Of a stretch of 64,000 nt of DNA, positions 56,131 to 64,000 are shown in pieces; within the stretch, counting starts at the first letter, position 1; each line of letters begins with the position of its first letter. The DNA is from Octopus vulgaris (lineage: Eukaryota): contig OX597818.1 of NCBI GenBank assembly GCA_951406725.2, positions 115,010,001 to 115,074,000 of the forward strand, in the 5' to 3' direction. The notes below the pieces were generated by a model. The model did no database searches. It saw only the letters and a program-made list of their open reading frames with translations, and had not been told where the DNA came from. Made by a program: the position numbers and the translations under genes.

Positions 56131-56312
56131 AAAGTCATCCATCCACAAAATATTATAGATAGCGAAACATATTTTTGTTACGAAATTTGCTTATATTCAA
56201 GAATGCTCACATTTGGATTTTGTTTGATCCTACAGACAATTCAGAATTCAGAATTCACTTATGGTTCTAATATTAATTAAAACCTTTAATACAATTTAAG
56301 CCAATTGACACA

Positions 56313-57676
56313 TGCGTGGTGTCATCAAAATGTATCGCAGCTGGTGCGATAAAAATAAAACTACAGCATACGTGGTCTGATCAAAAGGTATCCGGACTGT
56401 TGGTATAGTAACGAAGCTAAAAGCCACAGAACCAAGCCGCTTGACAGAGATCATGAACACAGCTGTGCATGCGCACTAAGTTTTATCATTCTAGCTCCAT
56501 TTCGCTGTTTACAGTAGGCCTTGGAAGGAAGGTATGTAGTGTGTGATTGTCGCTTTGACCATGACAAAGAAAGCTTGACGATTCCTGCTCAGAGGCCTAT
56601 GCAAAGTTTTCAAACAGTTTTCAGCGTTCTCGACACAGTCAAAGAGATCTTGTGCAACTGAAACCGAATGTCCTTTTGGTCAGCTGAAGGCAGTTTTGAC
56701 ACAAATTTGGCAGGCACGCGCTTCATACCCAAATCTTCAGAGATAATGGACTGAAATGAACCGTAACTAGTCTGCAGATCATCTTATAACTCACTGATGG
56801 TTATTCGATGATTTCCCCTCACAGTTGCACGCACATCTGCGATGTTTTTCTGGTTGCGGGTCTCCCAGAACGTTCGTCAATATCGACATTTTTAGGCCCT
56901 CTTGGAAACATCTGAACCACTTGTACACTTGTGTGTGGTTCATACACTTCTCTCCATACACTTTCTGCAACTTTGCGTAGGTCACTGAGCAGGTATCGCC
57001 AAATTTCTGTGTTATGGTCAATGTGACGATCACTCGCTACACACCTTCCTTCCAAATACTGCTGTAAACAGAGGAAGTGAGCTAGAGCGTTAAAACTTAG
57101 TGCACGTGCACAGCTGAGTTCCAGGTCAGTCTGTGCCAAACGGCTTGACTCTGCGTGCTTTAGCCTCGTTAGTACGGCAACAGTCCTGATACTTATTGAT
57201 CAGACCTCGTATATCAATCTGGCATTTAATCTCCTTCGAAATATTCCGTTGTCTGAAGCTATATACTCGTCGCATTATCTTGAATTTCCTCAACGGCTTG
57301 AAATCTTGCTCCTTTCAAGTGGGATTCATTTCAATGTGATTCGTTTCGGGGCCATGAACAAAGACTCACGATTCGTCACTTGTGACCGTTTTCAAAATAC
57401 GTTTTCCTCTTCTTCAACACGAGTGAAGAAATTCTCTTCAGCTGAGACCCGGTCTTCTTTTTGAGACGACCACACTGTACACAGTTTACTTCCAAGCACT
57501 GCTATAAACAACGGAATTGAGCGACAACGTTATAGCTTAGCCTGCATGTGCGATAGAGTTTAATGTCAACAGCTTCCAAAACACGTGTAAAAACACCGCG
57601 CCAAGCGGTTTCACTCTATGTTCTTTAGCTCCGTTACCATAGCAACAATCCCGATACTTTATGATAAGACCTCGAA
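56313..57676 (-). mobile_element. Deleted mariner (outer) carrying a nested mariner derivative at 56371-57209
   Basis: Outer element resumes after TA 57210-57211 with EYFEGD* on the minus strand; inner element encodes QKFGDTCSVTYAKLQKVYGEKCMNHTQVYKWFRCF and NVDIDERSGRPAT (mariner HTH region). Confidence 0.85.
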
Positions 57677-57821
57677 CTTAATCAGACATTGCTCTCCGGA
57701 ACAAAGCGTTATTATTATTATTATATTGCTGTAAGATAGCTTCATAGTTCATATGAGTATGTAATCAATAACTGTAGAGACGACAAATAGCCTTGGAAAC
57801 CTAAATAAGTCATATCTTATA

Positions 57822-58410
57822 AAATACAGTGTACATTTAAACACATTAAGAGGCTTCTATCATAGGAATCCCTTACGCTAGCAGGAACAGCTAAAGTCAA
57901 ACCACTAATTAAGGATAAGTTCTCGAAGGGACAACTAATTAATGGTTTGGACTTTAGCTGTTCCTTCAAGCGTAAGGGATTCCTATGAAGGAAACCTCTT
58001 AATGTGTTTAAATGTACACTATATTTTATATTAATAATATGTAATCTATTGAGTAATTTTTCAATACGCTAGACCACTGGTAGTACAAATTTCTAAAATC
58101 TTTATTATCCTGATATTATCAATTATATATATACATATATATTTCATCTTTGAAGGATATTCCAATACCCTCTAGGAAAGAATATATTTTGAAACTTAAT
58201 AATATTAAGGATTTTGTTTCTAGGATTAAATGGAAAGCCTACTATTATAATTATAATATATCTAATTTTAATGATGAATATAAATATAAATATAAATTAA
58301 TAATTTTGAATTTAAATAATCTAAATTTTAAATTTTATATTTTTTTATATATTTTGTAAATTATATTAATTATTTTTATTTTAGTGGTTTTATCTCTAAT
58401 TTAATTAATT

Positions 58411-58459
<49 letters not shown>

Positions 58460-58727
58460 TTACATATAAACACATAAGAGGTATCCGTCATAGGATTCCT
58501 GACACGCTAGAAGGAACAGCCAAAGTCCAAATCACTATTAGGGATAAAACTTCGAAGGGAACGAAAAATGAAGTTGGACTTTAGCTGTTCCTTCTAGCGT
58601 GCCAGGAATCCTATGACGGATACCTCGTATGTGTCTAAATGTACACTGTATTTATATTGACTAATTTTTCAATACGCTAGGCCACTGGTAGTAAAAATTT
58701 CTAAAATCTTTATTACTCTGATATTAT
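57822..58727 (+). mobile_element. Penelope-like element remnant: two hairpin-containing direct repeats flanking an ORF N-terminal remnant, 16-bp TSD
   Basis: TSD TAAGTCATATCTTATA at 57806-57821 and 58728-58743; SLKDIPIPSRKEYILKL...KDFVSRIKWKAYYY at about 58147 resembles the SLKNIPIPS...KRMRWKAFF N-terminus of invertebrate Penelope-like ORFs. Confidence 0.7.
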
Positions 58728-59551
58728 TAAGTCATATCTTATACAGTATTGATAATGCTAAATGCTCGTCATTAATCATCGGTGATTTAGATTGTGCAAC
58801 AAAGGAAGTAATTTACAATACTTAGGACTAGGTAAAAGAGAGCAGCAAGTACTGATACGGCCATGAATTCCATGGCCATTATCTCACCCGCTCAGGCTAC
58901 TCATCGCACAACAAGAGTACCAAAATATCGCTGTTACCTTGAGCGATATAAAAATTCTGTGTTTCACTTTCTTTGCAATATTTAATTCATTCCTTTTTCT
59001 TTTTTCGCCTCTTCTTCCTTTTCATTTGTAATGAATAGCTTTATTGTGAGAAGAAAACCTAGATTATGTGGAGCGGTTCGACTCCAATAATCTTCAGCAA
59101 CATGGTTAGTACATAAAAATAGAAGTGATTATTCATTATATAATATTAACCAAACAGTACAACAAAGTAGTTATTATATAATTTGTTGTTTTACCCTACT
59201 TACTCTTTCCTCAGCCATAATTATTTCACAGATAGTTTTTCTCTAATTCTGTTCTTAACTTTAGATTAAATAAAAAGAAATTCACCGTAGCTTTTGAAAC
59301 GAATTGCAGCACTGAATGCCATCTCTACATATGCGACGCAGTATTTTTACACGTGTTTGAAAGCTGTTGTTTGTGAAGTCTAATTGAGGAAGGTTAATAG
59401 ATGAATCTTGGTTGTAAGGCAACTAAAGGGTGACGTTGTTGACAGAAACTATCGTCTCGGTTCGAAGTAACCACGCGTTGAGCATCGAGGATCCAAGCAG
59501 CTCTTTGTTGCTCACAAGATTTAAGCTGAGGTGTTCTTCCGAAAATTAAAC

Positions 59552-59715
59552 TACCGTATTTTAACCTGTATAAGGAACCCTCTAACTTTTGGGGCTTAAA
59601 ATTTGGAAAAAAGTTTTGTAAGGGATTATAATACTATCCATGTATAAGAAACTCCCAAATGTTTTTAACCTAATTTTTGACGAAAATGGAGGTTCCTTAT
59701 GCATGTTAAAATACC
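59552..59715. mobile_element. pogo/Tigger-like MITE
   Basis: TACCGTATTTTAACCTGTATAAGGAACC...GGTTCCTTATGCATGTTAAAATAC; right end fused to a family B SINE (59710-59882). Confidence 0.7.
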
Positions 59716-60731
59716 TATTTCTTTATTACTCACAAGGGGCTAAACACAGAGGGGACAAACAAAGACAGACATAGGTATTAAGTCGATTACATCGACCCCA
59801 GTGCGTAACTGGTACTTAATTTATCGACCCCGAAAGGATGAAAGGCAAAGTCGACCTCGGCGGCATTTGAACTCACAACGTACCGTATATAAAATTTCAT
59901 TTTTCTTTATCTCTGCGCAAGACGACGCTCATAGCAGAATTAGTTGAGCGCTGGACAAGAGGCATTTTCACTGCAACATTCAAGTCCAACTTGAATCAGC
60001 TCCGATGTTTCCTAGTTTTGAACTGATGAATTATGTGAAAAATTACCAGTTAAGTATTAATATGGTTGAACTTGACTCACTACACTCACGACAGGATGAG
60101 ATCTTGTATCGTTGCTCTATTAATAAATTTTAGTTAGCCGTTTTACTGTAAGATTTTGATATCAAAGATAAGGTAAAATGGTGAGAAGGTGGATTGGCAC
60201 ACTGATGTTCCTCTACAGAACATTTAGTTCCTCTTCATTCTGTGATAAAATTATTGGTTGTAATTTACAGTCTTCTGTGTTAGTAATTAAGATAAATATG
60301 GATAATGAGCGGGTGGATTCGCTTAATGCAAAGGAAGATACAGAGAGCAGATACTGCGCAGTCCTACGCAACGGAGACACTCAGGCGGGCGAAACTTCGG
60401 TCAGATAAAGAATTTTCAAGATTCAAGGAGAGAGAGAAAGAGTTTGACCTTGCGGGATAGTGGACTCGTTTGCATTGGTTAACATTTCAAGTAATGGCGA
60501 GATATTTGGAAACAGGGAGGGTTATGTCCATCCATTCAATAAGGTACAGAATAAGGTTAATATAATGAGAATACTAAAATTGAATATAAGCTTTTCTCTA
60601 TAAAACGTTATGTAAATAGAAAAACGTAATGTATGACTCATTAATTCTATCTCTCTGTAATGGATCTGTTATTTTCCTACGTAGGAACATAAAATTCTAC
60701 CGAATTAAATAATGAATTACTGACTTAAGTT

Positions 60732-60985
60732 TGGAGGCGCGTGGCTTAGTGGTTAGGGTGTCAGAATCATGATTGTAAGATTGTGGTTTCGATTCCTGGA
60801 CCGGGCGACGCGTTGTGTTCTCGAGCAAAACACTTCATTTCACGTTGCTCCAGTCCACTCAGCTGGCAAAAATGAGTAACGCTGCGAGGGACTAGCGTCC
60901 CATCCAGCTTGGGAACACGTACGCCATGGAAACCGGCAAACTGGGCCCATGAGCCTGGCTAGGCTTTAAAATGGCGCATTTATTT
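60732..60985 (+). mobile_element. tRNA-derived SINE family D (Meta-like domain)
   Basis: A box TGGCTTAGTGG, B box GTTTCGATTCC, GCTGCGAGGGACTAGCGTCCCATCCAG domain, ATTT tail. Confidence 0.8.
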
Positions 60986-61390
60986 AGTTATTTAATATGT
61001 AAGTTATTTATTTATATGACTCTTTCTATGAAAGGTGCGTTCTGGCAGAATCGCTTCTATGCCGGATAAAATGCTTAGCGGCATTTATCCCGGCCCTTCA
61101 CTATAGTCAAATGCCGCAGCGGTCGATTTTACCTTCCAGGGTTGATAAAATAAGAACCGATTGAGGATTGCGGTCAATGTAAGTGACTTGCCCCTCCTCT
61201 CAAAATTGCTGACTTGGTGCCAAATTAAAAAACAAATATTATTCTCCATATGATATCGATGTAGATTACAGGTATGGTAAAGATTAATGGTTTGGCAGGT
61301 ATAGTCGGGTTTCCACTGATGTTCCTCCTTAAAACATTTAATTCCTCTCCGTTTCTGTGATAAAATTACACACACACACACACACACATG

Positions 61391-61426
<36 letters not shown>

Positions 61427-61437
61427 AAAACACACAC

Positions 61438-61485
<48 letters not shown>

Positions 61486-61548
61486 ATCACACAGACACAT
61501 ACACACAAACACTCTCTCACTTTCTCTCTCTCTTTCTCTCTGACTCTG

Positions 61549-61603
<55 letters not shown>

Positions 61604-62437
61604 AATCTTGAAAATCCTTCATCTGGCTGAAGTTAGCACCAGTATTTTACAGAGGTTTAGGCAATCCATCTCTTGTTTCCCTTTCAAAACCTGTATTTGT
61701 ACCCGATCAAAAGACAAACTCTATGTTACGGCAATTATGACGGTATTTAGAAAATTGTAGAAGATTAGTTTCCGATGAGCCTAGTCCACAGAGCTGGTTT
61801 CCGAACCCATGTTCACTGTAAAGGAGGCACCCAAACAGACTGTAAGCTAGATAACTCACTAAAAAATAATTATCTTTAATTGGTAAGTTAGTTAATGAAG
61901 TTACCATTTTAAGAAAACAGATAATTTTTGCTTGTTTTTGTTTGTTTTGAAGTTGTTGTTGTTGTTGTTGTTGTTTTTGTTGTTGTTGCTTTTGTTTTTG
62001 TTTTTTTACGGCGAATTTTCTGACGGCAAAAATGTTTACGGCGAAATTTCCTGTAGCCCTATTCAGAACCTACTCTTGCAGCTAAGTGTGAAATCACGAA
62101 TCATCCTCTATGGGTGAGCAAGAGCAGCAACTGAGCCTTCCTTACATCCCCACCTCACTATGGCAACAACGAGATCTCCAGGATTACAAGACAGAACGAT
62201 CAGTGGAGAGAATTAAACAAACCCAGATTACTTCACTAATCCCTATAGGATAAATTATTAAATGCCTGCGTATGTAGTGTGGTCCTCAACTAGTCGGATG
62301 ATCTGCTAGAAATAGTAGTCAAGTTCTCTCATACGGTACCCCATCATCCTTGAAAAGCGTAGTCCTACATAAACAAAATAAAAAACAGATATTGACAGCT
62401 GGAATACCTTAAATCGTAGGTCTTTAACCATAATCGA

Positions 62438-62670
62438 ACTATTTCTTCACTACCCACAAGGGGCTAAACACAGAGGGGACAAATAAAGACAGACACACGG
62501 ATTAAGTCGATTACATTGACCCCGGTGCGTAACTGGTACTTATTTATTCGACCTCGAAAGGATGAAAGGCAAAGTCGGCCTCGGCGGAATTTGAACGCAG
62601 AACGTAACAGCAGATGAAATACCGCTAAGCATCTCGCCCGGTGTGCTAACGTTTCTGCCAGCTCGTCGCC
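62438..62670 (-). mobile_element. SINE family B monomer with tail-1, 15-bp TSD
   Basis: TSD TTTAACCATAATCGA at 62423-62437 and 62671-62685. Confidence 0.92.
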
Positions 62671-64000
62671 TTTAACCATAATCGAGCTGGCTTGAGACTA
62701 AACCACAAAATACCTTCAAAGATCAAGGCTGACTCTACCTGTACAATAATGATTAGACAATCAATTAAATCAGACACCAAGACATCTAAATTTGGGGGTA
62801 TTTGTACCATTCTTTATATATTGAAGTGTTGCAAACTTGTACCGTCAGGTCTTCTGTGATCCATTGTCGAAAGAACAGCTGAATGGAAATATCAATGAAT
62901 CGTATAAGAAAAAATATTGATCAAACATTTGAAGGGTAGAACATTGTTATATTGCTTCTCTTTTGTGGTAGACTAAAGTCATGGATCTTGGGTAAACATT
63001 GGCTGTTTGAACGTCCGGTATGCTATACGAAAAGATAGCCGTCATGATGTTAGAATCGTAAAAAGGACGAAATATTTCATTGGAATCTGGATGAAAAAAG
63101 TTGTTAACGCTGTATAAATTCCAGTCGGAAACGTCATTTTCTTTTCTTAACCCATTAAGTCATACTGTTCTATAAATAGGACACTAGATGAAAACATTAA
63201 CTAAGATATATCACATTGTCTCAGTGTCCTATTTGTAGGACACTGAGTATTTCCATTTCTACTTGAAGTAAAGGAGTTTTAATAATTAATTTGTTTCATT
63301 TTAACCCGTTTTCATTCATCTGTAAAAAATTAGAAGTGATATTCAGAAATTTAAAAACTCTGGGACATAATGAGTTAATATCGGTGAGAAAATAATGATA
63401 ACCACAACTATCCACTTGAACTATGCAAACTTGACACTTTTAGGTTTGCTGAGATCAAATTATAAGGTTTGTTTGCGAAACGCCAAAACAATGCAGAAGC
63501 AAATGAACGAAATAAACTGGAATAATAATAAAACTCGGTGTGGGGGCTGCAATCTATAATGTGAGGACAAAAACTTTCTCAAAAATATTCATAATTATAG
63601 CTACTAATGAGATTAAATAGAAAAAAAATTCTAAATAAAACCACAGCATATTTGTAATTATATAATACTCCACACGGAGACAAATACGGATGTACATATG
63701 TAAATGTAGGTATTTATGGAATGCCCTTGTGGTTTTTACATAAGTATGATGGCTTAGTTCCCTAGGAGAAAAGAAACACGATTTGTTTCCATAGTTCTCG
63801 AAGTGCCATTAATAGTATATGAGCACTGGTACCAATAGCTCATTGAAACCAGGCTTCAAACGTAAATTTACAGAGGTGCTCACATCTAATCAGACAGGTG
63901 ATTAGATGTGAACATTTCTATAAATGATGGTTTTCAAGTTTCCCAGGACTGAGTCTCACACTATGATTTAAGAACCATATTCAGCGACACATGTGACGCA

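Overview
AT-rich, microsatellite-saturated animal DNA. The SINE repertoire suggests a coleoid cephalopod, most likely Octopus (inference, not database-checked). No host protein-coding gene can be supported, and almost all listed ORFs are translated microsatellites or SINE fragments, so the window reads as intergenic or deep intronic. It holds dozens of tRNA-derived SINE copies (at least 4 families), LINE 3' fragments (RTE with three C2H2 fingers, CR1/L2-like, R4/Dong-like), mariner relics, MITEs and non-autonomous Helitron-like elements. The most interesting layer is RNA structure. About a dozen type I hammerhead-ribozyme motifs from at least 7 sequence families sit in Penelope-like terminal repeats. 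These include one pair with a compensatory stem change, one with a CCGACGA core variant, and one apparently joined to a tRNA-like Pol III head (a candidate ribozyme-bearing SINE). Also notable are a TSD-flanked element with two long covarying hairpins and SINE multimers that share one fixed head-to-tail junction.
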